Shown: one piece after another, positions 1-12,822 of the stretch | How positions within the stretch are numbered: the first letter of the stretch is position 1 | Layout of the letters: each line of letters starts with the position of its first letter | Assembly (NCBI GenBank): GCA_976551045.1 | Contig: CDPCPM010000026.1 | Span: 6,696,001-6,760,000 of the forward strand | Source of the DNA: Glaucostegus cemiculus | Taxonomy: Eukaryota | Length of the DNA: 64,000 nucleotides | Direction of reading: 5' to 3' | Position numbers and translations under genes: made by a program | Notes under the pieces: generated by a model | What the model was told of the DNA's origin: nothing | Seen by the model: only the letters and a program-made list of their open reading frames with translations | Database searches by the model: none

Positions 1-3000
1 AGCTTTACTGTGAAAGGTTGAGGAAGGGAAGGATGGTCAGGATGGTCAGATTGCTTACACAAACAAGATTGTTAGGAGGTCTATTCAGGCTGTCTGCTCC
101 TTAGTTTATACTGTAAGGAAGTTGTGACTTCTGGAATGACAACAGAGGATTCCCGGCTTCCGATGCTTGCATGTGTTAAATGTCCATGAATTATGTATGT
201 GATTTTTATTAAAAACTCAGCAACAAGGTATGTGCTAAGCATATCTTGTACTTGGCAGCAAATCAGCAAATACGTGTAACTTCTCTCATTTGTGAATGGA
301 CAGAATTAGTTGTTTGCCCATTGAGTAGCTTTAGTGTGATGACCAGAAATGTGAGGACATGATTTTTTTTGCTAACGGGCTTTATTTGCAGAAATGTTGT
401 GATTGTTTTTCTATTATTAATTTGCACCATTAGGCAGCATATTAAACTAGAAGTCTGAATACTTCTAAACTTTAAATTTTGAACTCCGACCATAAAAGTT
501 TTGGCTAAGATGCTATTTAAGTATCCAATATGCTATTTAAAAATCTTGTAAATATACATTTCCATTATTGCCTTATTCTTAGAGTTCGCTGTTGCTTTTA
601 AGCTCTGCTAATGGAGGAAAGGGCTCTTCATCATGTTTTTTAAATCACTTCTGATGTCTATTAGCAAACCTTCCAACTTTTGTAATTTTATCGGGGTAAA
701 GATCCAGCCTATTGTCGAAGCTATGGAGCATAACTGGAATTGATGATTTGAGGGGTGGCTCTGGGTCCCGGGTTTTAAAATCCCTTTTTTTGCTCTCCTT
801 GGTTCTATTACTACAGCAGTAAATGAAGTAATGACTGTATGTAATAAATGAAATGTGAGTTGATTGTTCAGAAATAAGGGTTATTAGCGATTTTAATGAA
901 TGCATTGATGATCCCTGTAAGACCATACTGCGCTTTGAGGTTCTTACGATGTCACCTGTAAACAGGCAAGAACTTTGACACTCACACAGCTTGAAGCTAC
1001 TTAAATCAGGGCCTCATTTACAGGACCCTGCTGCCTGCAAAATGGTTCTAATGGCATTATCCCCAGGCCTGAGGGGCAAGTTGAATAACAAAACCCAAAA
1101 GGCTCTGTTATGTAGAAAAATAAAGCTAATCTCTGATAGTATAACCTAATCTCCTCTTGATCTGCTCTCAAGCACCTCTGAAGTTGAGCTGAAAACAGAG
1201 TTAAAAGAAAGTTTGTAGATCTACAGTGTAAATTTTATGAGTGTTTCTATGATAGAAGAGTCATTTTAAATCTTTGTAAACTGTTATTTCAGTCAGTTGC
1301 ATGCCACTTTGAAAATTAAACATTTATTATACTCTGTGACAATAAGCACAACAGATCAAATTCCTTCATAGAATTAGTTTCATAATGCTAACCTAATTCA
1401 GTAATATTAAATCATGATTTGGCTGGCCCCAGGCATAGTTTACATTGAAATGTACAGACTGCTTGTTTCATTTGTAGTTATATAGAAGTTATCAAGGCAT
1501 ATACAATCTCATCTGTTAACATCACAAGATTTCAAAAGCCAGGTTTGCTTGCAGTTATCCACAGCACTACTTATGACCCCAGCAATAAAATTTTATTGAG
1601 TATCCACCTGACCTCAAATTGGAAATTTGTGTTGGAACCAATCTAACCAACTATTATAGTTCTCAACTGTTGTTAATTTTACATTTGACTAATAAAACCC
1701 AGCAGGAGCTACAGTAGTTCCCTGTAATAGGCAGTTTTAACACAGATTGTTTTGGGCTAATTTCTGAACTTATTAGTCCCACTTTTTGTGAAGCAAACAT
1801 AAAAATACTCCAGTTGGCAATGGCAGGAATTTAATTTATTTTATTTGATTTTTCTGTTTTGCGAAAGTAGAAATCTATGTGTTTTTAATGAAGTACATTT
1901 GAGTCAAATTGTACACTGTGGAAATGCTGGCTATAATGGTCCAGAGAATAAAAAAGAATAAGAAAGGCAAGAAGAAAATTCTATTTTACGCATGTGTGTT
2001 CATCTGAAAATGGTTGAATGTTAAGCTTTTATCCAAACCAAATGGATATGATCTAAGGAATGATATTAGCTTGTCTTTTGTTCAGGCCTTAGAAAGATAT
2101 AAACTCCCATAATTAATTATAATAATTCAACCAAGGTGCACAACCTTTTGAGAAGAATGTTAATTCAATAATTAATAATTTTTAACCTGTGTTGTTTTTT
2201 GTTACTTTAAAAATAAATGGCAATATGCACAAAAGGAAAATGATTTTGTAGCTCAGTGAAGTCTGCACAATTGCTAAATTTGATAACTTTAAGATATTTT
2301 CTTCCCTTAAGTAAAATTTATAGCAAAAGATATTCAGACATCAAAGCAATACTATGAATGCATCAATTCAGTCCTGTTAGGAATTAGAGCTAAAAAAGAT
2401 AGAATCAAAATGTAGTAAGATTGTTTTCCTCCAACATAAATCTGAATGAATGTTGCTTTAATCAAATTCTTTATTTGCAATGTACAACGAACCCTGATTT
2501 TTGCTATGCTCATAATAATTAGTTTCCAGTACATGACCAACCAGTTTTACTTTAGACCTGTTCGTACAAAATTCTTCATGCATGACTTCACCATAGTGTT
2601 TTGCAGACATACTTTCATTTACTACTGTGGTTGACAATAACAACAATTTGTTAAGAACAAGTGAGCTTTCTACATCTTTTTGTCGTGCAGAATACCATCT
2701 GAAAGCTGCAGAGTGTATCTTATAATAGGTTACAAAGTAAAATAAAATGACCACTGATAATGTAAAAAAAACTAGCCATTCTGAGCTAATTTTTCTTTAC
2801 CTGCTCAATGGGTTTGAAACGTATATTCATAACAAAATGCCTGAGGATTTTCTTGGCTCAGACAGGATTGATGTGTTTGTGTGCTTAATTTTCATTAACA
2901 GTTTTTATCATTCAACAAATCGAGTACAGGGACAATGATAGCCTTGAGAGTTCTCTGGGTTGTTAATGACATAGAATCGCTCACTCAATTTTGTGTGCCT

Positions 3001-5684
3001 GCTCCTATGAAAACTGATCTCACAGTGAAACACTGATGAAAAAAGTGACCTTGTAATATAATTCAAAATTCCTCTATTTATCATCATTAGTGTGTGAAAG
3101 TGTCTTTGGATTCAGTTTCCTGATACTGGGAAGAATGCAGTCAACATTAAGAAGGGGTAACTATTCAATTTAGAGGAACACACATTTGAAAATAATTGAT
3201 CTTTAAACAGATGATAGAATTAATACTGAACTGGGGGAACACAGCCCACAGTTAAAAGTTTTCCTACTTGTGTTTCTGCACGTGGTGGAGTGTTTGAAAG
3301 GAAGACAGATTTTTTTATATTGATTTTTGCCACATATTGTCACCATCAATCATGTTCTGTTTGTTGACCTAGCAACATGTTGTCAGTGTTTATTTCATGC
3401 ATGTTCTAATAGAGTACTGAACAAAGAGCTCTCTTTCTAGCAGCTTTTGATTTTAACACCTTGTCTATTAAATCATTAGTCCCCTTGTTTCTTGATGACA
3501 AAATTAATTAATTAAGCTTCAACAAGGAAAGCACAGTTATTTTTTGTCTGGATTATATTGTTTCTAGAGTGGCTTAAATAAACAGTTTAATCACAGGATG
3601 CAGCATTTTTCATTCATTGCCAGGAGCACTGATATTAACTCTTCAGGAAACAGTTAAGACATCCAATATGGGCTACTATCTTCACAGATATGTTCTCAAG
3701 TATCCTTTCATCATGTTTATATAAAAGAACACTTTTAAATGTCAGCACTGCATAGTCTAGATTATTTCATATCTCCATCAAGTAACTAGTTTTATTGACT
3801 GAGTGGAACTCGGCTTTTCAAAATGGAGTTGTAAAAGCTAAATTATGTATATTTCATCTTTTTATCTTAATAATGGCATTTGAAAAACTAATTTGATGTA
3901 TACAGAAAAACGTCTATTAAATATATAGCACAGAAGATCTGTACATTGAAAATAATTGTATCAGATCTTATTGATGAGGAAATCTTGATCTAAGAGACAG
4001 GGGTATCAATGCAATGAGCAAAATCTCATCTAAGTGTTTATGAACTGCAACTGATACTTTATCAATGGTTAAAAATATAGGTAGTAACTGTCTGTACTCT
4101 CAATATTTGTTGTTAAACATGGTTTTTTATTACTTTTTCTATTTTAACAGCTCGGTGTCTTTTAGGATATGTTGTATCACATCAAACATGTCCCCTTACT
4201 TAATTTATCAAGCTTTATATCTCTAGTCACATCTATATATTGCAAGTTGTACCTCTAACAATATGTTTCAAGATCACAAAGTGGCACTATTACATCTCAA
4301 AACTAACATTCATCCAAGCATTGCATCCCCACATCGCCAAATAGCTGTACAGATGTGGTCTTGTGTTCTGTTAGTCTGCTCTACCTTGCTGTCCATTATA
4401 TTTTTATAGGTTTGTTCTGCATTCCTTTGAGTCAACCCTTAGGAGATGGAGGCCTGTTAGCTTATTACTTACATATGTTTGAGCCCCTTTACCTCAGCAG
4501 GGAAAGACAAAATATGAAGGAGTAACTGTAGATTTGGGACGGTCGACTAATCTTTCTCCACCTTGAACTAATCGACAAGCCTATGTGTTATTGCGCTGAA
4601 TGTTGTTCTGCAGTGCATAGCCAGTGGGGTTTCAATTTGTAGAAGCATAAACAGATACTAAACTAGAAGAAATGGTGCAGTGATTTATTAACAGAGCACA
4701 GATCAAATTATCACAGCAGTTCCCTGCTGTCAAACCAACAATTGCCTCCTTATTCCAGTTGCTGCAGAGTTTTTCTACATTATTGTCTGATTTTCTTCTG
4801 CAAGACTAAATCATTTGACCTGTGCACCGGATCATTAGAATTAACTTCAACATTTGTTTCCACTCTTTTCTTCCCTCTCCTTTTCCCAACCCTTGACTTT
4901 CTCTCTCTTGTAGTTACATTTGTACATTTCTTACAGTTCTTCTGGGACTGATTTATCATCATTTGTGAACATATATGTCTCAAAATCATGGCTTTGATCA
5001 TGTTGTATTTTATAACTTGTGTCTGTTGTAGGTTTAACCTTCTGTTATGCTATTTTTAACATCCATCTTCTAAGACATGAAAGAATTATTTAGTTGGAAA
5101 CAATGAAATTCTGCCTTGAAGAAATTTATCACTCTTGTCTTCTCCCTCTTCATCTACTGTTATCATTCTTGCTGGAATTCTGTTTACATCTTTTTTTTCT
5201 TCATTGATCTTTAAGTGGCTTAACTCTTGTCACCTTCCAACTTCTCTAAATCTTTAAACTTCATGCTCCCAATCCACAGTCCTTTTCAAATGCTTAAAGT
5301 TTGATCCACTGGAACATGATTGGATTCACTTTACTGTTATTGGAAACACAGCTGTTTTGACCAACCTTTTACTTTAGAATACAGCCCTCACATCAAGAAA
5401 AGTAAGATTTAGAGAATGAAAATTCAATCAGTTATTATCTGTGTCTATGTCAACTTCCTTTTGAGAATGCTTATGATATGAATTGTAAAGAATAATAAAA
5501 ACACTAACTGAAATGAATAATCCCTGCAAAAGTGAAGCAATATATATAGTATTTCTACTGACAAGATGGATGGTTTTGATGAAGATATACCTTCAGAGTT
5601 TTGGTAAAAATATTTGATGCCAATATGATAATTCTTTAAGAGCTACCATGTTGTTAGTTTTCCTCTAATTTGAAGAACTTATTT

Positions 5685-5943
5685 GGGGGCGGCACGATAG
5701 CATAGCGGTTAGCGCGACGCTGTTACAGCACCAGCGATTGGGGTTCGATTCCCGTCGCTGACTCTAAGGAGTTTGTACGTTCTCCCGTGTCTGTGTGGGT
5801 TTCCTCCGGGTGCTCCGGTTTTCTCCCACATTCTGAAAGACATACAGGTAGGTTAATTTGGGGGTTTAAAAATGAGCGGCACAGACTCGTTGGGCTGAAA
5901 GGGCCTGTTATCACGCTGTAAATAATTTTTTTTTAAATTTAAA
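5685..5943 (+). mobile_element. tRNA-derived V-SINE, young subfamily A with short CR1-like tail
   Basis: A-box-like TAGCATAGCGG and B-box GGTTCGATTCCC, then V-domain GTGGGTTTCCTCCGGGTGCTCCGGTTTTCTCCCACA and CR1-like end GGGCTGAAAGGGCCTGTT with an AT-rich tail. Flanking AACTTAT repeat at 5676-5682 and 5944-5950. Near-identical copies at 17.8 kb and 56.6 kb. Confidence 0.9.
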
Positions 5944-7956
5944 AACTTATCAAATTATTGGTAGTATTTTTAACTTGGAAGTCTGGATCAAGTTATGGAA
6001 TTTTGCAGCAGAAAGCACTAAACCTATTTATCTTAATGAATGTAGTTTATGGAGATTGTATTGTCAAAATCAACAAAGAATACACTTCTTTTATGTTTCC
6101 TGCACTCACGTCAACTCCTGGATATTTTGCCTCGTGCTCATGAGTCTATGACTTGCATTGAAGAAACTCAGCCCCAATGAAACTTACGTTGAACTTGAGG
6201 AAAATAAATAGCTCAGTTTCACTGCAATATTTTCTTTAATGCAAGGATTAAATCCCAACATTATTGGTGTCAGATTTGCCCTTATATCCCGATAACCTGA
6301 ACAAGCAGGGATTATTCTATTGTAAAGTTAGTAAGTATTTTTATGAGGAATGTAAACAGGATGGAATTGTTACTATTGAACATAAAGTAAGGAAATATTG
6401 GTGGGTGTATGGCCATCACAAATTCACACACAATAAAATGGAACTAAAACCATGGCCTTTTCTCATAACCCAACCATATAAAAGATGAAATGAAATCTTT
6501 TAATCTTTGCTCAGAACAAAAAGAATGATGATACTTGGAATATATTGTCTTATGTGACTCAAATATAAAGAAATACATGAAGTAACCAAAAATTCCAATC
6601 TGAAGAAAACGGTGATGTTACATATGGTGGGGGGGTTGGTTTCAGGAAATGAGAAGCCTGTATCTCCATTTTATATAACACAATAAAACAACAAGGGATT
6701 TACTATGTTGCTTGTTTGTATACAAATGGAAAAAGAAGTTCTTCAATGCCATGTTTCGTGAAACCGGTACTCCTTTCATGTTATAATCCAACGTACAAAT
6801 AAGGTGTATTTCAGACTAGTGTTTGATGGGGTCTCAGGTGTTGGGATCACCAAGATATCATATTTGTCGAAATAATTTAAGTGACAGACATTTTGATTGT
6901 ATTATCTTAAAAAAAACGCTTTGAACATACCGCTTAGTGCAGCCCACTTGTACTTTCTCAAATCAGTAAAGACTCTGGTCAGTAGATAAGGATTCCTGAC
7001 CACTAAAGGGCAGATGGCTGCCTTTCATCTTCCATTTCAATGTGTAAGTGCAATGTTTGCTTATCCTAGCCTTGGTATGGCATGAGGATTTTTTAAAGTC
7101 ACACAGTTATTTAGCTTTTACACACATTAAGCAAACAGCTTAGCAAAAACTATTCTGACTGTTTAAAAAATGGATTGAAGTATCAAATTTTGTTGAGCAA
7201 ATTTGACCTTAATGTATTAAGTACCACAACAGATAATAACAATAAATGTCAATTACTAACTACTTAACTGAAAGTTCGTACACTAAAATATTTAAAGTTT
7301 ATTATATGCAATATATTGGCAAGATGTGTCTTTATTCTGTGATATAAGAATGAAACGTTTGGTTTGACTGGTCCTTGCATCAAGTAAATTATAAGAATAA
7401 TTGAATGGTCACATCTGTTTCACCTTTACACACTTAAGCAGCTTGACATTAAGGGGGTACCTTTACCAGCTGCCAGTAGTATTAAAATTTTTAGAAAATA
7501 AGAAAGTATTTGATATGTTCTTCACAATGAGTAGACAGATATAAATAGTTGGCAGCATTTGTGCTAACTGTGGTCTTTTTGTTTTGCCAGAGGAGAAAAA
7601 AATGTTATTTCTATGAGCCTAAATTGTGCTGGGCAGCATTATCAGCTGAAAGACCCTACATTTTGACAGGCTGCACTGTATAATGATTAATTACTTCTCA
7701 GCTTCATTGGACTTTTCTAATTTCCTTTTGCCATTTGCTGGAGGCTACAGGCGATAACTGCTGCTCTTATTACTTTGTGCAAAAGGGAAACGTCTCTTTC
7801 TACCCTCATTCTACAAGTGTTCAGAATGAAAACCTGGCCAATCAGAAGTTCCTGTGAAATATGCTCTTGACTGCCTTTATTTTCCCTCCATGTTGAAAAA
7901 TCCCTTTCACATAGAATATCAAGTTTATGAACTAAAATGAAACTTGTCATGTACAA

Positions 7957-8840
7957 ATAGAATAGTGCAGCACAAAAACAGATGCTTCAGCCCACTGTGT
8001 CTGCACTGACCATGATGCCATTCTAAAATAATGCCATCCACCTTCACATGATCTATATCCCTCTATTCCCTGCCTGTTCATGTGCTTGTCTAAATGCCTC
8101 TTAAATGTACCTATTGTATCTGCCTCTACCATCTCCCCTGCCATGTGTTCCAGGCACCTACCACTCACTGAGTAAAAAATTGCTTCACACATCTCCTTCA
8201 AGCTTTTCCCTTCTCATTTAAACCTGTGTCCTCTAGTACTTGACCCTTCCACTGGGGAACAAAGACTGACTATCCACCCTGTTTATGCCTCTCATAATTT
8301 TATAAACTTCCATCAGGTCACGTCTCATCCTCTGACAGTCCTGCAAAAACAAAACAAGTTTGTCCAACCCCTCCTTTTAGCTAATACTTTCTAAACCAGG
8401 CAACATCCTGGTGAACGTCTTCTGCACCCTCTCCAAAGCCTCCACATTCTTCCTATAGTGCAGTAACCAGAATTGCACACAGTACTTCAAAAGTGGCCCA
8501 AATGAAGTTTTATAGATCTGCAACATGACTTCCCAGCTTTTATACTCAGTGCCCCTACCGATGAAGGCAAGCATGCCTTATGCCTTCTTTACTACCCTAT
8601 CCACTTGTGTTACCACTTTCAGGGAGCAATGAACTTGTACACCAAGATGCCATGACATCAATACTCCGAAAGTTCCTGCCATTCATTGTATACTTTCCTC
8701 TTGCATCTCAGCTCCCAAAATGCAACTCCTCACACTTGTCTGGATTAAGCTGAATCTGGCATTTCTCCACCCAAATTTCAACTGATCTATATTCTGCTGC
8801 ATCGTTTGACAACGTCCTCACTATTCACAACTCCACCCAT
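7957..8840 (-). mobile_element. CR1 LINE, 5'-truncated (end of ORF2 plus 3'UTR)
   Basis: ORF 8377-8574 LAFIGRGTEYKSWEVMLQIYK...YCVQFW...ALERVQKTFTRMLPGLE and ORF 7947-8201 VEADTIGTFKRHLDKHM are typical CR1 ORF2 C-terminal motifs. CR1 3' terminal motif near 7960-7995. Confidence 0.92.
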
Positions 8841-8957
8841 GTTGTTACTTGACCAATTCAGAAGAACAGCTCAGTTTGCCGCTAAGAACAAAATTTTCTG
8901 AAGTGTCTTTTATGCTCTTCCATTTATTAATCACTTTCTAAGTCTGGATAACACTAA

Positions 8958-9970
8958 CAACAACAAATTGTGTTTATCTCTCACTTTTCACATTACAAAA
9001 TGTTGAGATGCTTCCTAAGACAATATCAAACCAAATTTGCAAGGGAGTATCAAGGCAAACGACCAAAAGATTGGTCATGACAGAAACTTTGTCATTTTGG
9101 AAAAAATTAAGGGAACTAGATAGAGAAATTTGGGAAGGAAATTCCAGAGTTTATGGCCTTGCTTGGTACAACTGCCAATTGTGTAGTGATTCAAACAGGA
9201 AATATTGAAAAGGTTAGGATTAAAAGAGCATAGGTATCTCAGAGAGTCATGGGACTGGGAGGAGATTACAAAGGGGAATGAGGCATAGAGTGGTTTAAAA
9301 GTAATGACAAAAATTTCAGAATCAAGGTATTCTGAAGGCCAGTAAATGGATGGGTGATGAGTGATTGAGACTTCTGCAAGTTAGAATGTGGTTGGCAGAG
9401 TTTCGGATGACCTTGTGTGTATGAAAGGTGAAAAGAGGGAATCTGGCCAGTACTGTGTTGCCATAGACACCTGAAGGTAAGGAATAAGTGGATGAGCATC
9501 TCAGTAGCATGTGGATCAAGGCAGGGCAATATTGAAATGGAACTGGAAATTAGGTGGTCTTAAGTGACGGAAATGGATGTTTGGCCTGAAGCTCATTGGC
9601 AGCACCCAATATAACAATATTCTAAACAGTCTGGTTCAATCTCAGATTGTTGCCAAGGAAGAAGAACAGAGTCAGGCCTTTATATATTTTGCTGAATTTT
9701 CTGATTAGTTTGTATCAAAAAGCCATCTGATAGTTCAGACATATTGAAAGGGTTGAGAGAGATAGTGGTGAGATAGTCTTTATCTAAAAACTATTATCGT
9801 ACTTTCAGATTATGATGTGGAGAGATAACTTGTAGATAAGAAAGAGGAGAACCCCAGGGACGGATTACTGGGTGATACTAAAAGTAACGGTGCAAGAGCA
9901 GGAAGAAAAGTCTTTGCAGATAATTCCCTGTTTACAGCTAAATAGAGAAAAATGAAACCTGTGGAATGCA
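8958..9970 (-). mobile_element. L2 LINE, degenerate 3' portion
   Basis: ORF 9266-9529 PCLDPHATEMLIHLFLTFR...ILKFL resembles L2 'PCLSxxAAETLIHAFVTSRLD...FKIL'. (TTG)n-type L2 3' tail at about 8958-8970. Confidence 0.75.
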
Positions 9971-10561
9971 GTAAAAATACCGCTTATCTAAATGTTTTCA
10001 TTCATAACAATTTGCATCATATAAATGAAAGTTCAACAGTATCAAGTATTTATTGAAGTTATCATAACTATCATTAATTTTTTTTAACAAAATTCAATTT
10101 TTAGATTAGTTGCAGATTACTTCATGCCATGTTGATTAAATGTGCAATTAGCATGGATTTTCAATTTCAGATATGAAATTAGTAGAAAGAATTCTTTCTG
10201 TCTTTTCTAGGGAAAGGGAATGATTTTCTGGGGGGTTCAAGGTGAAAACATGACTAGTGCTTGATCAAGTAAGGAAAATACAATTGACTATAGTGTAATA
10301 TTATCAAAATTTCTCCACTTTAACTTTTACCCATATACTTAAGATCATGTTTAATCGAAGCTCAGACAAATTATCTAATTAAAATGAAATGTGGTTGTGT
10401 ATTTGGTTAATGAGTTGTAACTTTAAAATATTATACTGAAGAACAAAATAAAAAAAATATTCCTATGCCTGCAACAATAGATTTTAGAATAGACCACATG
10501 CTTAATCAAATAGAATTCTAATTTAGATTTACATGTGTAGGTGGATATATTTCTTTCAGAC

Positions 10562-10670
10562 ACAAAAAAGACAGCAGAAGTAAAGGCAGAAAATACAGGA
10601 AGTGATCAGATAAGGCAGCATTTAAAAAGTTTATAGAATTAATGCTTCAAATTGACAACCCTTCATTTGA
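10562..10670. mobile_element. Decayed Penelope-type terminal sequence
   Basis: AAAGGCAGAAAATACAGGAAG...AGGCAGCATT...GAATTAATGCTTCA...ACCCTTCATT matches the dispersed motif at 14.4, 25.8, 28.4 and 57.9 kb. Confidence 0.5.
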
Positions 10671-11171
10671 ATGTTTTTTTTAAGATTTCCAGATATTTTG
10701 TACAAGGTACTACATTGTTATACAGTACATTCCAAAAATATTTCATCAGCTATTTATAATTCATTGCTTAAAATCAAGAAGGTAATGCGGGATTGTAAAA
10801 CTTCAGTTCCCTCATATAATATCAACAATATTATATCTTTATTGCCCTTTAAAAGTCCATAGAAGAACCAACTCTGTGAATTTAAATGCAGACCCTGTTT
10901 GAACACACTTGTAATGGGATGACCTCTATCTACTGCAACAGCTAGATTGCTCGTCTGACTACAGTGAACATACAGTTTTTGATCATCCACAGAGAGATAC
11001 CTTTTATATCAGTGAATTAACTAAGGATATACGTTAGATATGAAAGAAAAGCTGAAAGTGATAAAAGTCTAAAATAAGACTAGAATTTGTTGGAAATGCA
11101 CAGTAGGCCTGTCAGTACATGAAGTCTTTTGCAAAATATATTTTTGCTCAAAAGAAGGTCTGAAGTAGATT

Positions 11172-11750
11172 TCCCTGGGCTGGAAATCACTATTGCGGTC
11201 CTTCCATGCTTGCACTTGCTTGGTGCAGAAAAGAAGAGCCTATCCTTCTGGCCCTCTGTATCCCAAAGCTTAGAGGGCTTTTCCCCTGAAAAGCCCCTTA
11301 CATTTGCAAAACTGTGGGTAGTACTTTGCTGGCTTTAAGGCTGTAAATGGTTTATGAATGTTAAAATATTTCTGACAACAAAATATATTTAAAATCTATT
11401 AAACTGAATAACTTAAAACATTTTTTTCAGAACTAATAAAATAAAGTTAACTAAAAACACCTTAAACCACATAAATAATTAAAAACATTAAAGCTAAGTA
11501 ATTTTTAAAACACAGCATGCCTTCCCCTTTGCCCTAGAAACCCGACTGAAATCTATGGGGTCTCAGATCCTGTATAGGACTGATCAGCAGGGTAGTGAGC
11601 TGATAGATTCTGCCCTCTGAATTGGTCAGTCAGTATGGAACTTCCGTTCTTTAGTGTATATGCAGACGTCCAGGACTGAGTGCAGTTGCAGCAGCTAAAT
11701 GTCTGTGGTTCTGATCATAACAACTGGAAATAGCCGACAGAATCTGACTG
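11172..11750. repeat. Old unclassified non-autonomous element (GC-richer ends, strand-biased AT-rich core), related in inverted orientation to 34780-35400
   Basis: A-rich core at about 11340-11510 followed by CTGAAATCTATGGGGTCT. This mirrors CCCTATTGATTTCAATGG followed by a T-rich core at about 34990-35210. Confidence 0.4.
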
Positions 11751-11847
11751 AAAATATTATTTAACCAAAGCAAATTACTATTTCTGTTGGTCCATTCATG
11801 AGATAACTCTAGCAAATAGCACCTTCAACTCATATTTTGAACTATGT

Positions 11848-12340
11848 CAATAGACAATAGGTGCAGAAGTAGACCATTCGGCCCTTCAAGTCTGCACCGC
11901 CATTTTGAGATCATGGCTGATCATCAACAATCAATATCCTGTTACTGCTTTGTCCCCATATCCCTTGATTCCCTCATCCACAAGAAACCTATCTAGCTCC
12001 TTCTTGAAAGTATCCAGAGAATTGGCCTCCACTGCCTTCCAAGGCAGCGCATTCCACAAATTCACAACCCTCTGGGAGAAGAAGTTTTTCCTCACCACTG
12101 TCCTAAATGGCCTACCCCTTATTCTTACATCATGCCCTCTGGTCCTGGACTTCCCCAACATCTGGAACATATTTCCTGACTCCATCTTGTCCAATCCCTT
12201 AATAATCTTGTATGTTTTAATCAGATCCCCTCTCAATCTCCTCAATTCCAGCGTGTACAATCCCAGTCTTTCCAACCTCTCAGCATAAGACAGTCCCGAC
12301 ATCCCCGGAATTAACCTCGTAAACCCACGCTGCACGCCCT
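11848..12340 (-). mobile_element. CR1 LINE, young 5'-truncated copy
   Basis: Uninterrupted ORF 11931-12335 QRGFTRLIPGMSGLSYAERLERLGLYTLELRRLRGDLIKTYKII...RKNFFSQRVVNLWNALP...FKKELDRFL. Terminal repeat CAATAGACAATAG on the + strand. Confidence 0.95.
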
Positions 12341-12341
12341 C

Positions 12342-12676
12342 GTAAACTCAAAGTTGAGTTTAATGTCATATGCATAAGTACATGTATGCACAGATGCAAT
12401 GAAAAGCTTACAACAGCATCACAGTCACTTGGCATCATATAAGCAGCATTCACAAGCAAAACATAAATTATACACAATTTTTACAAGAAAGAGCATAATT
12501 AAAACAAAATAAAGTCCATTTTAGTGCAAAGTAATAAAAGTGGTCAAGAGTGTTGCTAAACTGCAGTGATTAGGGTTATGCCAGTTGGTTCAAGAACCGA
12601 ATGGTTGAAGGGAAGTAGTTGTACTTGAACCTGGTGGTGTGGGACTTCAGGCTTCTGTACCTCCTGCTCAATGGTA
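12342..12676 (-). mobile_element. Rex1/Babar LINE 3' end
   Basis: Reverse complement encodes ...RRYRSLKSHTTRFKYNYFPSTIRFLN. Its 3'UTR matches the copy at 18180-18515. TCAAAG-type tail at about 12348. Confidence 0.85.
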
Positions 12677-12822
12677 TAACTAAAACTATATTTAGTAAGT
12701 AGTGTTTATTAGTGTATTATGTTTGGTTAATTTTGGATGATTTACAGGTTTTGTAGCTTTGCATATATTTGTAGTTTTATTATGATAACTCTTTTAGTTC
12801 TAGTGACACATAATTGTCTTTT

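Noticed and set aside
5685-5760. tRNA gene suggested by A and B boxes
   Set aside because: Followed directly by a V-domain and a LINE-like tail and present in several copies, so these are SINE heads rather than tRNAs.
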